Numbered from the stretch's first letter, positions 1-9,592 are shown. The stretch is 64,000 bases of DNA from Desulfurococcaceae archaeon (GCA_038888155.1 JAWAJB010000001.1:417954-481953); one strand, 5' to 3'. Notes: generated by a model not told the origin, from the sequence alone. Numbers and translations: made by a program.

Positions 1-445
1 GCACTTTCTTGAAGTTGCTACTGGCGCCGTCTGATGCAACCATGATATCGTACTCGTAAATATTACCTCCTGCTTTAACCCTGCCTAAAGACCTTGGAAC
101 GGCTTTCGCTCTGAGTAGTATTCGGTGGCCAATTGACTCTACTTTTGAAGCTATTCTCTCCTCGAGAAGAGGTCTGTTGACGTGGTATGCTATAGGCTCA
201 GAGTGCTCTACTTTATATGTTCCAATAGGCGACCAGAACACTATTTTCCTGAAGAACCCATCTACGAGCTTAGGAGTAACTTTGCTTAGCTCCTGTGCTA
301 CGAATTTCCCCACTACTCCTGCACAGTGCCCAGGGAGACCTATTTCTCTATGTTCTTCCAGGACCAGCACGCTTTTATTGCGTATATTGAGGGCAGTGTA
401 GAGCCCTGCAGGTCCTCCCCCAGCAATTAAAACATCGCACTTCAT
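1..445 (-). CDS. FAD-dependent oxidoreductase, geranylgeranyl reductase family (runs off window edge)
   Basis: Manual translation from ATG at 445: MKCDVLIAGGGPAGLYTA..LEEHREIGLPGHCAG..VNRPLLE..VASDGASS; GxGxxG FAD motif and GGR-type CAG/DG motifs. Start overlaps the stop of the upstream gene. Confidence 0.85.
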   Translation of the reverse strand, partial: MKCDVLIAGGGPAGLYTALNIRNKSVLVLEEHREIGLPGHCAGVVGKFVAQELSKVTPKLVDGFFRKIVFWSPIGTYKVEHSEPIAYHVNRPLLEERIASKVESIGHRILLRAKAVPRSLGRVKAGGNIYEYDIMVASDGASSNFKKV

Positions 446-831
446 TAGCTTTCCTCGTAATCTCTACTAGCGTAATTTACATTGTAAGTGTTGGCTTTAA
501 GCGCCTTAACTATGTGCTCAAATGCCTTAAAAGGATCTCCCTTTAGGCCGCAGGTGTATACATCAACGGACGCGAAGCTGTACTCAGGCCACGTGTGTAT
601 ACTTACGTGGCTCTCTAGAATTACTGCTATTACGCTAACGCCCGGGTATATTCTCCACGATTTAACATCTAGTAGGGTAAACCCACCTATGCTAACAGCT
701 TCCTTGACAGCATTAACTAAGTATTCCTCGCTCATTAAGAGCTCTGGATCGCAACCGTATAGCTCTCCATAGACGTGTCTCCCAATTACCTTTTTTCCGT
801 GCTGGGAAAGCACCTGCATTTTACTCACCAT
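445..831 (-). CDS. speD: S-adenosylmethionine decarboxylase proenzyme (pyruvoyl-dependent)
   Basis: ESH self-cleavage site in ILESHVSIHTWPE..DVYTCG. The short KSWRIYPGVS loop resembles the crenarchaeal SAMDC rather than its arginine decarboxylase paralog. Confidence 0.85.
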   Translation of the reverse strand: MVSKMQVLSQHGKKVIGRHVYGELYGCDPELLMSEEYLVNAVKEAVSIGGFTLLDVKSWRIYPGVSVIAVILESHVSIHTWPEYSFASVDVYTCGLKGDPFKAFEHIVKALKANTYNVNYASRDYEES

Positions 832-1017
832 GAAAAAATCCCCCTAGGAAACTTATAAATTTTCCCCCCTACCCCAATACAATGAATTCTTAAGCTTGGT
901 TTTCTCTGTTAATTGGGGGTTATTAGATAAGCTATGTTAATCGATCATAAAACAATCGTTCTCCAGGATTATATAAAGTATTGAAGAATAGGGGGGCTAA
1001 AAAATCGAATGGGGTAT

Positions 1018-1728
1018 CTACTCCTCTGGCTCTATCTCTGGTAGCTTCTCGATGGGCTTAGCTGACACCTTTTCTCTAATGCTGTTTATTATCTTGTATA
1101 CCTCGTCATACGTAACGTGCCTAGCGACTTGCATTACTCTACCTAGCTGCTCTGCGAGCACTTCTTCGGCGCTTCTGCCAGCCAGATCTAGTTTTAGCTT
1201 ATCGAAGACTGCTGGAGTGGGTTCAACGACTGCTGCCTTTTTAAGCACTAACGTATTTTCATCCACTTGAAGGATAGATGCGGCGCCTACTTCTTTCTCG
1301 TCAATCTTTATGGCGTAGACTAAATCTTCATCGAAAGTCTCACCTAGCTTAGTTACACTATACTTTACGGTCCCCACAGACAGCTCAGGCGCCTTTACTA
1401 TGAACTTTTTTAGCGCCTCTTCGTATGTTTCCGGCGGCACTCTCCTATATACCTCGATTTTTAAGGTATCCCACTTCCATGTAATAGATTTACTCGCCTC
1501 ATCTAAATCGTAGTCAACAGATATCCTAACAACATCTAGCTTATCAATTTTAAGCTCCTCAACGAGCAAGGTGAAGAGCGCTCTATTTAGCGTAGCTGCG
1601 TAGTACGCCACCTTACTTGAAAACTCCTTGTCCTTTTTTACGTGGTCCCTTAGTTGCGCGAAAATAGCCCTCCTTAGCTTGACAGCGTACACTGCGGCTG
1701 GGACGAGCCCAGAGCGAAGAGTGGGCAT
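1018..1728 (-). CDS. DUF2258 / ThermoDBP-related single-stranded nucleic acid binding protein
   Basis: N-terminal LRSGLVPAAVYAVKLRR..LNRALF..LKIDKLDVVRISVDY..I.W.WDTLKIEVY pattern of DUF2258, plus a C-terminal extension. Confidence 0.75.
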   Translation of the reverse strand: MPTLRSGLVPAAVYAVKLRRAIFAQLRDHVKKDKEFSSKVAYYAATLNRALFTLLVEELKIDKLDVVRISVDYDLDEASKSITWKWDTLKIEVYRRVPPETYEEALKKFIVKAPELSVGTVKYSVTKLGETFDEDLVYAIKIDEKEVGAASILQVDENTLVLKKAAVVEPTPAVFDKLKLDLAGRSAEEVLAEQLGRVMQVARHVTYDEVYKIINSIREKVSAKPIEKLPEIEPEE

Positions 1729-1916
1729 TGTATCCTCCTCTTTTATAATAAAAAGTAATATTTTATATATCTAGCAGTATTTAGAGGGGGACAGCAAAAG
1801 GCCTCAGCGTGCAACATGCTTAGGCCAGTAAGCGTAGGAGACAGATCAATTGAGATGCGTCTATTAATTTAAGGCGTAGCGAACGCCTAAAAGTATGCGC
1901 ATGTATTTCCTAGCGA

Positions 1917-3110
1917 TTACGCTTTGTGGGGCGTATTCAGTGTGGGCGCTCCATCGAGGACAACCTTGTTGCGGCCAGATAAGAGCATGTACGTAGAGAA
2001 GAACAAGAGAACCAGCGAGCCAGTAGTTGGGAACACTAGCGTTGCCTTTAAGGCCCCCATGTAAGATGCTCCCAGCGACATCACTAAAGGTGGCCCGACA
2101 ATATTCCCGGCATCAAACATCGCTGTGTAGAACCCCGATGCAAGTCCCCTGCTCTTGTCTTTCACTCCCAAAACTGCCATGATCTGCAGCGAAGGTATAA
2201 TGACTCCCGCGCCCAATCCAAATACTACCATCCACAGGACTAAGTACCCAGAGGCAGGGTTAGCGACTATGCTCACTGCGCTTAGAGTTACTAGGACAAA
2301 TCCGAGCAGCGCTGTAATCCTAAAGGGCACTTTCTTGCATATGATTGGAAAAATAAGCCTAGACGCTAGGTTTGCTACAGAGGATGCTGTAAAGGCAGTA
2401 GCTGTAATTCCCACAGCTATTCCGAGCTCTTCGTGTAGAGCGGGGAGGTAGAGTGTTATGCTGTTGTATATTGCACTGTAGCAGAGTATACTCAGCGATG
2501 CCGCTATAAAGCTCGCCTCTACTAGGTCTCTCACAGTGCCCTTTCCGCCCTCTGCGCCCCCCTTAATCTTCCCGAGAACGAGTTGGTGGAACGTTAGCGA
2601 AGCTAAAAGCATAGCACAAGACGCGTAGAATAACCACTGATAGCCAAGCGAGCTCGTAATAAAGCCCCCTATTGCTGGGCCTAGAACCATGGCTATGCCG
2701 ATCATAGTTGATCTCCACGCAAGAGCGCTAGTTGACCCCTTACCTGCTAGCGCAGCTGTGTATATTGAGGCAGGTATGAAGAACGCGCTTCCTACTCCGT
2801 GAAGTATTCTCCCTAAGTACAGTATTGCAACATTTGGGGAAATCGAGTATATAATTTGCGCAGTTGTTGAACACAGAAGTCCAGCCACAATTAGCTTCTT
2901 GAGATACCCCCTATCCAGTAGAAACCCTGAGAGGGGCCTGAGCCCAATAGCTGCAATTGAAAGGGCAGGGCCGAGTAGGGAGACCTCCTCGGGGGTGGCG
3001 CCTAAGGATACAGCGTAGCGAGATAGGAAAGGGAGTATAGTGTATATGCCAAGGAAGAACAAGAGCGCTCCAACATTTAATATAAGCTCTAGTCTAATCG
3101 AGTTAGCCAA
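1917..3110 (-). CDS. MFS transporter
   Basis: About 12 hydrophobic segments; motif A-like GFLLDRGYLK; GRILHGVG. Confidence 0.9.
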   Translation of the reverse strand: MANSIRLELILNVGALLFFLGIYTILPFLSRYAVSLGATPEEVSLLGPALSIAAIGLRPLSGFLLDRGYLKKLIVAGLLCSTTAQIIYSISPNVAILYLGRILHGVGSAFFIPASIYTAALAGKGSTSALAWRSTMIGIAMVLGPAIGGFITSSLGYQWLFYASCAMLLASLTFHQLVLGKIKGGAEGGKGTVRDLVEASFIAASLSILCYSAIYNSITLYLPALHEELGIAVGITATAFTASSVANLASRLIFPIICKKVPFRITALLGFVLVTLSAVSIVANPASGYLVLWMVVFGLGAGVIIPSLQIMAVLGVKDKSRGLASGFYTAMFDAGNIVGPPLVMSLGASYMGALKATLVFPTTGSLVLLFFSTYMLLSGRNKVVLDGAPTLNTPHKA

Positions 3111-3325
3111 ATAAATTCACCTTCTTCACGAACCCCTAAAACAGCAACTATATTATAAATTTTACCAAATAACCCTGAATAAAGGCAGTACGCCAAAGAT
3201 GCGAAGAAGTGTTATCGAGGGAGTTAGCCAAGCCTACCATAGAGGGGGGCCTCAATATGAGAAACATAGTTGATTCACGCATAGGCAAGCTTATAAGGGG
3301 CGCCCGCGCCTAAAACAAAATAGAC

Positions 3326-3400
3326 GCCGCCGTAGTATAGCCCGGTCAAGTATGCGGGCCTTTCGAGCCCGTGACCCGGGTTCAAATCCCGGCGGCGGCA
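3326..3400 (+). tRNA. tRNA-Glu(TTC)
   Basis: GCCGCCG acceptor stem, anticodon arm CGGGC-CT TTC GA-GCCCG, T-loop GTTCAAATC; no intron, CCA not encoded; TATA-like CTTATAAG about 30 nt upstream. Confidence 0.97.
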
Positions 3401-3773
3401 CTTAATGTTTATCTAGCCCTCTTAACCCTTCATTTACGGAAAGTCCTGAGAACTCAAAGTGAGGTTACGGTACAGTTCTCAGGGGGGTTCAGCTCTTAGC
3501 GCAGTGAAATTATTGAGTTCTAGTATAAGAATTGAAGGATAATGAACTCTGGCAGCATTCACTTAGGCAGAAAAAGGGAATTTTGAATAAAGCTATAGGG
3601 CGGTTGAAGCAATAGGCTCCCTGATGTGGTTAGTAAGAAGTGCGATAACAAAAGTGAAATGATTGTATATAGAGAAATATATAGTCAACATGTAAATTAA
3701 ATGGGTTTGTCTTAATTTTTACCCAGCATTAAGGTATAGAGAAAATATTTAAGTACATAAAGTTAATCTACAT

Positions 3774-4043
3774 TTGGGGGGTAAAGTGGACGCCAAGAAG
3801 GCTATTGGCATCCTGTGTACCCTCGCCGGATCACTACTCATGGCCTACGAGTTCGCCTACGTACGGCTAATGCAAGGCGCTATAGGCAGAGCAGGGACAG
3901 TGTCTATAGATACAATCCTAGTCGTAGTGGGATTTCACTTAATCCTAATCGGCCCTGCCCTGTGGCTAGGAGAAACTCCGCTAGCTATAAGGAAAATGGT
4001 AGAGGTAAGAACGGGTTATAGACCTGGGGAACCTAAAGGGTGA
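3774..4043 (+). CDS. small two-TM membrane protein, first gene of cstA operon
   Basis: Two hydrophobic helices; ends 13 nt before cstA. The start could be the GTG at 3786. Confidence 0.65.
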   Translation: MGGKVDAKKAIGILCTLAGSLLMAYEFAYVRLMQGAIGRAGTVSIDTILVVVGFHLILIGPALWLGETPLAIRKMVEVRTGYRPGEPKG

Positions 4044-4056
4044 GAGGTGAAGAGCT

Positions 4057-5883
4057 GTGTACCCGTGGTTAATAGCCATTATTGTCCTCTTAGTCTACTT
4101 GCTAGCGTACACCTTCTATGGCAAGAAGTTACTTGCGCAGAGAATAGTAAAAGTTGATCCCAACAGGCCTACTCCTGCTGTAACTAAGTTTGACGGGGTA
4201 GACTACGTACCGGCCAACAAGTACGTCCTTTATGGACACCACTTCGCAACGATCGCTGCAGCCGGCCCAATAGTTGGCCCCGCTACCGCGCTCGTTTGGG
4301 GCTGGCTAATACCAATTGTTTGGATAATTGTGGGGAACGTTTTCCTTGGGTCAGTGCACGACTACCTCAGCCTCATGTCCTCTGTGAGGCACGGAGGGAT
4401 AACAATAATGTCTTTAGCTGAGAACATCATGGGAAAGAAAGCCAGATACGCCTTCCTCATTTACGTATTCTTCACCGGGATTCTATTAGCAGCGTCGTTC
4501 TTCAGCATTGTAGCTAGCGTTTTCGAGTCCGTACCTACAGCAGCTACTATAAACATTATGTACATGCCCCTTGCCCTACTATTTGGCTTAATGGTTTACA
4601 GGTACGGCATGAGCGTAAAGAAGGCTACAGTTATCGCACTTATTCTTCTGGGTATTATTTTTGCGTACTCGTACTATTCGCCAATATATGCAACTTATGA
4701 GGCGTGGATTTTTGTTGCAACTATATATTGCATCGTAGCTGGATCGCTACCTGTGTGGTATCTACTCCAACCGAGGGACTACCTTAACTCTTACTTCTTG
4801 TGGACTACTGTAGCATTAGCAGTTATAGCTCCTTTCTTCTTGCCCTACAGACTCACTGGACCAGCGATATCAACTCTGGTAGCTAAGGGTAGCGTAATAG
4901 GGGGCGTTGCTGGAACGCCTGCTGCTACTTTTGATATTGCGTGGATTTGGCCGTCAATAGTGCTGGTTGTAGCCTGTGGGGCCCTGTCTGGAGCGCACGC
5001 CGTAAGTGCCTCTGGATTGACTTCAAAGCAGCTGGCCAACGAGCTGGACGGGCTGTTCGTGGGATATGGGGGAATGCTAACCGAGGGAGCCCTTTCAGCG
5101 CTCGCAGTTATTACGCCCGCAGCACTGGCCTGGAACTTCGTTGAGGCGGCTGCGCAGGCTGGTATATCAGCTGAGCTCGTCTTAGCAGCTGGGATCAACG
5201 TAACTAGAACCCCCACAATACTGCAGTTCCCAGCCGTTAATAGATACTACGTTGGGTATGGGTTTGCGCAGGCGTTAGCGTGGTCGAGGTTCCTCGGACC
5301 TGCGAGCTTCCCAGATCTATACAAGTTCTTCAGCTCGTGGGCAGCGTGGTCTCTCACAGCATTTATAATGACTTCCATAGATTCTGGCACAAGAGTGCGC
5401 AGGTTTATGCTGGCTGAGCTGCTAGAGCCCATTAAACCAAAGGCACCAAGCGTGTACAAGTTCTTAACAAATAGGTGGATAGCCTCTACGCTTGTTACAA
5501 TCTTGGTGGTTGTAATGGCTATTCCGAAGATACCGGATCCCGCTAATCCAGCAGTCACCATATACGCGTATACCGTTACGTGGCCAGCTTCATCGGGGAA
5601 CAATCAACTGCAAGCATCGCTAGCCCTTATGATAGCATCAATGTGGGTTTTGGTTATACAAAAAATAAGGGGACCGCCTCTAGCTCTCATCCTAGTGCCA
5701 GCTCTGTTCCTCTGGGTCACGGTGACATCAGCGTTCTTCCTGTGGTACATCTACATTATGCCCTACTTGCCGCTACTTTACCTCGTTACAACTGCACCTA
5801 TAATGTTGTGCGCAGGGGGTATAAACTTCTACCTCTTGTTCTCCTTTATAAGCCAGTGGAGGAGAGCTAGGCAGGAGCAATAG
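4057..5883 (+). CDS. cstA: carbon starvation protein A (CstA) family transporter
   Basis: TPA..FDGVDYVP..LYGHHFATIAAAGPIVGP, LLQPRDY, VACGALSGAH, GYGGMLTEG; GAGGTGA RBS. Confidence 0.95.
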   Translation: MYPWLIAIIVLLVYLLAYTFYGKKLLAQRIVKVDPNRPTPAVTKFDGVDYVPANKYVLYGHHFATIAAAGPIVGPATALVWGWLIPIVWIIVGNVFLGSVHDYLSLMSSVRHGGITIMSLAENIMGKKARYAFLIYVFFTGILLAASFFSIVASVFESVPTAATINIMYMPLALLFGLMVYRYGMSVKKATVIALILLGIIFAYSYYSPIYATYEAWIFVATIYCIVAGSLPVWYLLQPRDYLNSYFLWTTVALAVIAPFFLPYRLTGPAISTLVAKGSVIGGVAGTPAATFDIAWIWPSIVLVVACGALSGAHAVSASGLTSKQLANELDGLFVGYGGMLTEGALSALAVITPAALAWNFVEAAAQAGISAELVLAAGINVTRTPTILQFPAVNRYYVGYGFAQALAWSRFLGPASFPDLYKFFSSWAAWSLTAFIMTSIDSGTRVRRFMLAELLEPIKPKAPSVYKFLTNRWIASTLVTILVVVMAIPKIPDPANPAVTIYAYTVTWPASSGNNQLQASLALMIASMWVLVIQKIRGPPLALILVPALFLWVTVTSAFFLWYIYIMPYLPLLYLVTTAPIMLCAGGINFYLLFSFISQWRRARQEQ

Positions 5884-5936
5884 AGTTGTTACTATCTTAT
5901 AGTTTTTTTAAAATCCTCTTGGCTCAGCATTTCTAG

Positions 5937-6248
5937 GTGATTGATCTGAATAGCGCGCTGAAAAAAATAAGAAAGCTGCTCAGAGAGCTTCTAATGTTAA
6001 CTAAGGGGATGCAGAAGTCCCTTGTTGAGAGAAGCGTAAGCGTTCTCCAAGAGGAATTTCTCGAGCTTGAAACCGCCTTTCTCCTCATGGTTATGGGACC
6101 TCTAGCGGGGTTGAAAACCACTACGCTTTTATTCAGCCTAGAGCTAATGGATGCGCTCTCAGAGGAAATAAAGGTACTGGAGACGAGGGCAGTTAGAGGC
6201 AAAGACGTGATGAGCGACTTAATAGATGTCCTAATGGCTGAGCGCTAG
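5937..6248 (+). CDS. small CstA/ArsA-associated protein of unknown function
   Basis: ELETAFLLMVMGPLAG hydrophobic core; stop codon directly abuts the ATPase start. Confidence 0.7.
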   Translation: MIDLNSALKKIRKLLRELLMLTKGMQKSLVERSVSVLQEEFLELETAFLLMVMGPLAGLKTTTLLFSLELMDALSEEIKVLETRAVRGKDVMSDLIDVLMAER

Positions 6249-7205
6249 GTGGAATCTGTGGAAATCTTTGATGCCATTGGTAGCCCAGGAACGCGCCCCC
6301 ACTTAGTCATTGTTATTGGAAAGGGGGGCGTAGGCAAGACAACAGTCTCTCTCCTAGCTGCAGTAGAGCTGAGCCGCCAAGGTCCAACGCTACTGCTTAG
6401 CCTCGACCCAGCTAGACACGCGTCTAAGTACCTCGGCATAGGCGACAAAGACTTCGCGGAGATAGGGGATTCCCTGCACGTAAGGCAGATCTCAATTGAT
6501 AAAGAAGTAGGCAAAATTACCTCAGAGCACGCAGAGACCCTACGCGAAGTTATGCCCTACTTAGCTGTATTGAACTTGGAGAGCATTATAGACGTCGTCA
6601 AGTACTTCCCCGGCGTTGAAGAGGAGATCTTCTTGAGGAAAATGCTGGAGGCGTTGCAGGAGAGGTACGACTTCGTAGTAATTGATACTCCTCCAACGGG
6701 TATTACGCTGAGAACGCTTGTTCTGCCGAGGCTATACTTGCTGTGGATAGATAAGTTAATAGAGGTTAGGGAGAGAATAGTGTCCTTAAGGTACGTTATA
6801 TCGAGGACTCTGGGAAAAGACGCTACAGCGCACGACAGAGTGCTAACAAAGTTGGCAAGGATGAGAGAGGATTACAGCGCCTTAAATAGGGCTCTCTCGT
6901 CGAGCGATAATGCCTCGTACATTATAGTGAGCACCCCCGAGCCCCTTCCAATGCATGAGCTACGAGAATCCCTGAAGTTCCTCGCAGAGAGGTTAGGTGT
7001 CAAGCCGAGGCTACTTGTCTTGAATAAGATTCTACCGCAAGACATTGCATCTAGGCTGAATGTCGAGGATGCGCAGAACCAGTATATATCTGAGATCAGC
7101 AAATTAAGTACTAGCTATATGCTCATAGAGTATCTAGGCAGTTCCCCAGAGACGCTACAGGACGTGCTTAAGATGAGAGAAAAATCGAGGTTGTACAAGA
7201 AATGA
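6249..7205 (+). CDS. ArsA/GET3-family SIMIBI ATPase
   Basis: GKGGVGKTT Walker A, SLDPA switch I, DTPPTG switch II, VLNK; single domain, no cysteines. Confidence 0.9.
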   Translation: MESVEIFDAIGSPGTRPHLVIVIGKGGVGKTTVSLLAAVELSRQGPTLLLSLDPARHASKYLGIGDKDFAEIGDSLHVRQISIDKEVGKITSEHAETLREVMPYLAVLNLESIIDVVKYFPGVEEEIFLRKMLEALQERYDFVVIDTPPTGITLRTLVLPRLYLLWIDKLIEVRERIVSLRYVISRTLGKDATAHDRVLTKLARMREDYSALNRALSSSDNASYIIVSTPEPLPMHELRESLKFLAERLGVKPRLLVLNKILPQDIASRLNVEDAQNQYISEISKLSTSYMLIEYLGSSPETLQDVLKMREKSRLYKK

Positions 7206-7861
7206 ACGGAGATTACTTACTAGATTACATAATTATGATATCTATAAGCCTGCTGAGCGGCACTATTGTGACTTGGTACTTCATTCAGAGGAGGAGGTTG
7301 GCAAAGTTCATAAAGGAAGTTACGCTGGACTTAGAGAGCTCTTTCAAGCCAGTGGACAAGACTTATACTCTTTTAGGGTACCTTGTGGGCTATCACGCCA
7401 AGTATGTGCTAAAGTCCGGCGATAAGGTGTACATACTTTTAACTACTACGCCTAAGATCTCGTTCATATACAGCTTTGTTGCAAAGTGGCTAGGCCGATC
7501 AGATCGACTTGAGATCGCAATTGAGGGCGCGGAGCGGCGAGTTCTGCGCGATCTGCACATTGTCCTAGAGCTAGATAGAATAGCTCAGAGGACGTTGCAG
7601 CGGGATCTTAAGGGCTCGGCAAACACCCTTTTGAGCACAAGCGTGGAGATTTCTGGGAGAAACTACATAGCATACTACGTTGATGCTGGAGATCTCAGGC
7701 GCGCCGTAAGGCTTTTACAATCCAGCGGAGTGCAAGTACGCAGGCTGTCTGCGTTTAAATCTCAAAACCTCACAGAGATAGTTGTGGATATAAAGCCAGG
7801 GAACACGCTCGAGGTCGTCAAGTTGCTCAGAGAGTTCAGCAAAGTAGTTTCTAGGGACTAG
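7202..7861 (+). CDS. hypothetical N-terminally membrane-anchored protein
   Basis: ATGA overlap with the ATPase; one N-terminal TM helix followed by RRR. Confidence 0.75.
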   Translation: MNGDYLLDYIIMISISLLSGTIVTWYFIQRRRLAKFIKEVTLDLESSFKPVDKTYTLLGYLVGYHAKYVLKSGDKVYILLTTTPKISFIYSFVAKWLGRSDRLEIAIEGAERRVLRDLHIVLELDRIAQRTLQRDLKGSANTLLSTSVEISGRNYIAYYVDAGDLRRAVRLLQSSGVQVRRLSAFKSQNLTEIVVDIKPGNTLEVVKLLREFSKVVSRD

Positions 7862-7907
7862 TAACTAGGAGTTGTGCAATTAAAGGTTTATTCCACTAAT
7901 AACTCAG

Positions 7908-9014
7908 TTAAGCTTCTCCTATTAGCTTAGCTAAGTTTTCACTGTAGGGAGGATATGCTATGCCCCTCTCTGTTATTATAGCTGTAACTAAGTCCGGATC
8001 CGTAACGTCAAAGGCGTAGTTAATTGCATCCACATTTTCTAGCGTGATTAATTTGCCGTTTATATACCTAACTTCGTCGGGGTTTCTCCTCTCGATAACT
8101 ATGCTGTCTATTTTTTTCTCGGGATCTATTGTTCTAGTTGATGCCGCTACATAGAATGGAATGTTGTTCCTCTTCGCAGCTAAGGATATCATGTACGTTC
8201 CGACCTTATTCACTACGTAGCCATCGAGCGTTATCCTGTCGGCGCCAACTACTACCAAGTCAACTTCTCCCCTTTTCATTAAGAGGCCAGCTGCGTTGTC
8301 TGTTATAAGCGATACGGGTATTCCCTCTTTCACGAGCTCGTACACTGTTAATCTAGCTCCTTGGAGCATAGGTCTAGTCTCAGTCGCTACAACTCTTATC
8401 TTCTTGCCTTTATACCAAGCTATCCTTATGATGCCTAGAGCCGATCCATAGCCGCAGCTCGCGAGCGCCCCAGTATTGCAGTGAGTCAATATAGTTGCGT
8501 TATCCGGCACTAGCTCGGATCCAAGCTCTCCCATCTTGATAGTGGCCTCAAGGTGCTCTTGATACATTCTAAGGGCCTCCTCTACAAGGGCTTTCGCTAT
8601 TTTCAGTGCATCGCTCGTCTCAATTAGCTTAGCCTTGACGAGATCTTTTAGCCTGCTCAGCGCGTAGAATAGCCAATACGCAGTGGGCCTCGTACGAGCT
8701 AGGATCTCGATTGATTTATTCACCTCGCCGAGGAATTCGTCCAGAGGCTTGCTAGCTACTTTAAGCGCATAAGCTCCAACAGCAAGCGCTGCTGCTACCC
8801 CTATTGCAGGGGCTCCCCTAATCTCCATGTCCACTATTGCTCTCGCTACCCTAGAGGGGTCGTTAGAGCAAAGCACCTCCTCTTGGTGTGGAAGCTTTAA
8901 GGTGTTTAGCCAACACAGCTTGCCCTCTGCGTCGTTATACCATATAGCTCTTACAGCTAGTGGGTAGCGGAGGTTCATACAATCTACCGCTAGAGGTCTT
9001 AACTCTACTCGCAT
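7908..9014 (-). CDS. methylthioribose-1-phosphate isomerase / eIF2B-like paralog (divergent copy)
   Basis: IRGAPAIG, RPTA, THCN, ETRP..QGARLT, VGADRI, NKVGTY, AFDVTD; several non-canonical residues. The start may be the internal MNLRYP. Confidence 0.85.
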   Translation of the reverse strand: MRVELRPLAVDCMNLRYPLAVRAIWYNDAEGKLCWLNTLKLPHQEEVLCSNDPSRVARAIVDMEIRGAPAIGVAAALAVGAYALKVASKPLDEFLGEVNKSIEILARTRPTAYWLFYALSRLKDLVKAKLIETSDALKIAKALVEEALRMYQEHLEATIKMGELGSELVPDNATILTHCNTGALASCGYGSALGIIRIAWYKGKKIRVVATETRPMLQGARLTVYELVKEGIPVSLITDNAAGLLMKRGEVDLVVVGADRITLDGYVVNKVGTYMISLAAKRNNIPFYVAASTRTIDPEKKIDSIVIERRNPDEVRYINGKLITLENVDAINYAFDVTDPDLVTAIITERGIAYPPYSENLAKLIGEA

Positions 9015-9256
9015 TTAATTAAATTTAAGGCTGGGCTTTTATTAAGCGCCAATAAGGGCATTTCAGCAACAGCTATTACCTAGCTAGATTGTAGGGCACA
9101 GAGTCTTTGAGATAATGTTGGTAAATAGTTTTATTTTATGATTAATTTTGCTTATAAAGGGATTATGTATATGAATACTTAAGTTAAACTTATAAAGGTT
9201 TTGTAATTTTGAATTAAATGGGGGAAATAGCTTGAAGTCTAAACCCGCTAGGCCTC

Positions 9257-9556
9257 TTGGCACAACCAACTTTGAGGAGGATTTTGTTGATCAAGCACAA
9301 CGCTAAGACTATATTGTCTGTAATTTCGCTTACAGTTATTCTCTTATCCCTGTGGATCAGTTGGGAGGCAGTTGTCAAACCTCTCAAGAGCATGGTTCCC
9401 GCCTCTTGGAATAAGGATTTCCCGTCTCCATTCTACTTGTGGGATGCCCCTATATGGTGGTGGCACGACCTGTACATAACATTAATTGTTGTTTTCTCAG
9501 TAGTACTGTGTGTTCTCTCGCTAATTGGCAGAGAAGAGGTTAGAAAAGCCGGTTAA
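9257..9556 (+). CDS. hypothetical two-TM, Trp-rich membrane protein
   Basis: Two hydrophobic helices; AT-rich upstream region with two copies of CTTATAAAGG. Confidence 0.6.
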   Translation: MAQPTLRRILLIKHNAKTILSVISLTVILLSLWISWEAVVKPLKSMVPASWNKDFPSPFYLWDAPIWWWHDLYITLIVVFSVVLCVLSLIGREEVRKAG

Positions 9557-9592
9557 CTCTGTAATCTATCCCATTTTCACGGGTAGTAATGG

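Noticed and set aside
838-1016. C-runs and G-runs in an AT-rich gap as a second origin
   Set aside because: No repeated ORB dyad; more simply the speD promoter and the upstream gene's terminator.
6249-7205. Arsenic-resistance ArsA call
   Set aside because: Single domain, no cysteines, and no arsB, acr3, arsD or arsR nearby.
9084-9269. 61-aa minus-strand ORF in an AT-rich gap
   Set aside because: Composition and tandem CTTATAAAGG motifs indicate a divergent promoter region.
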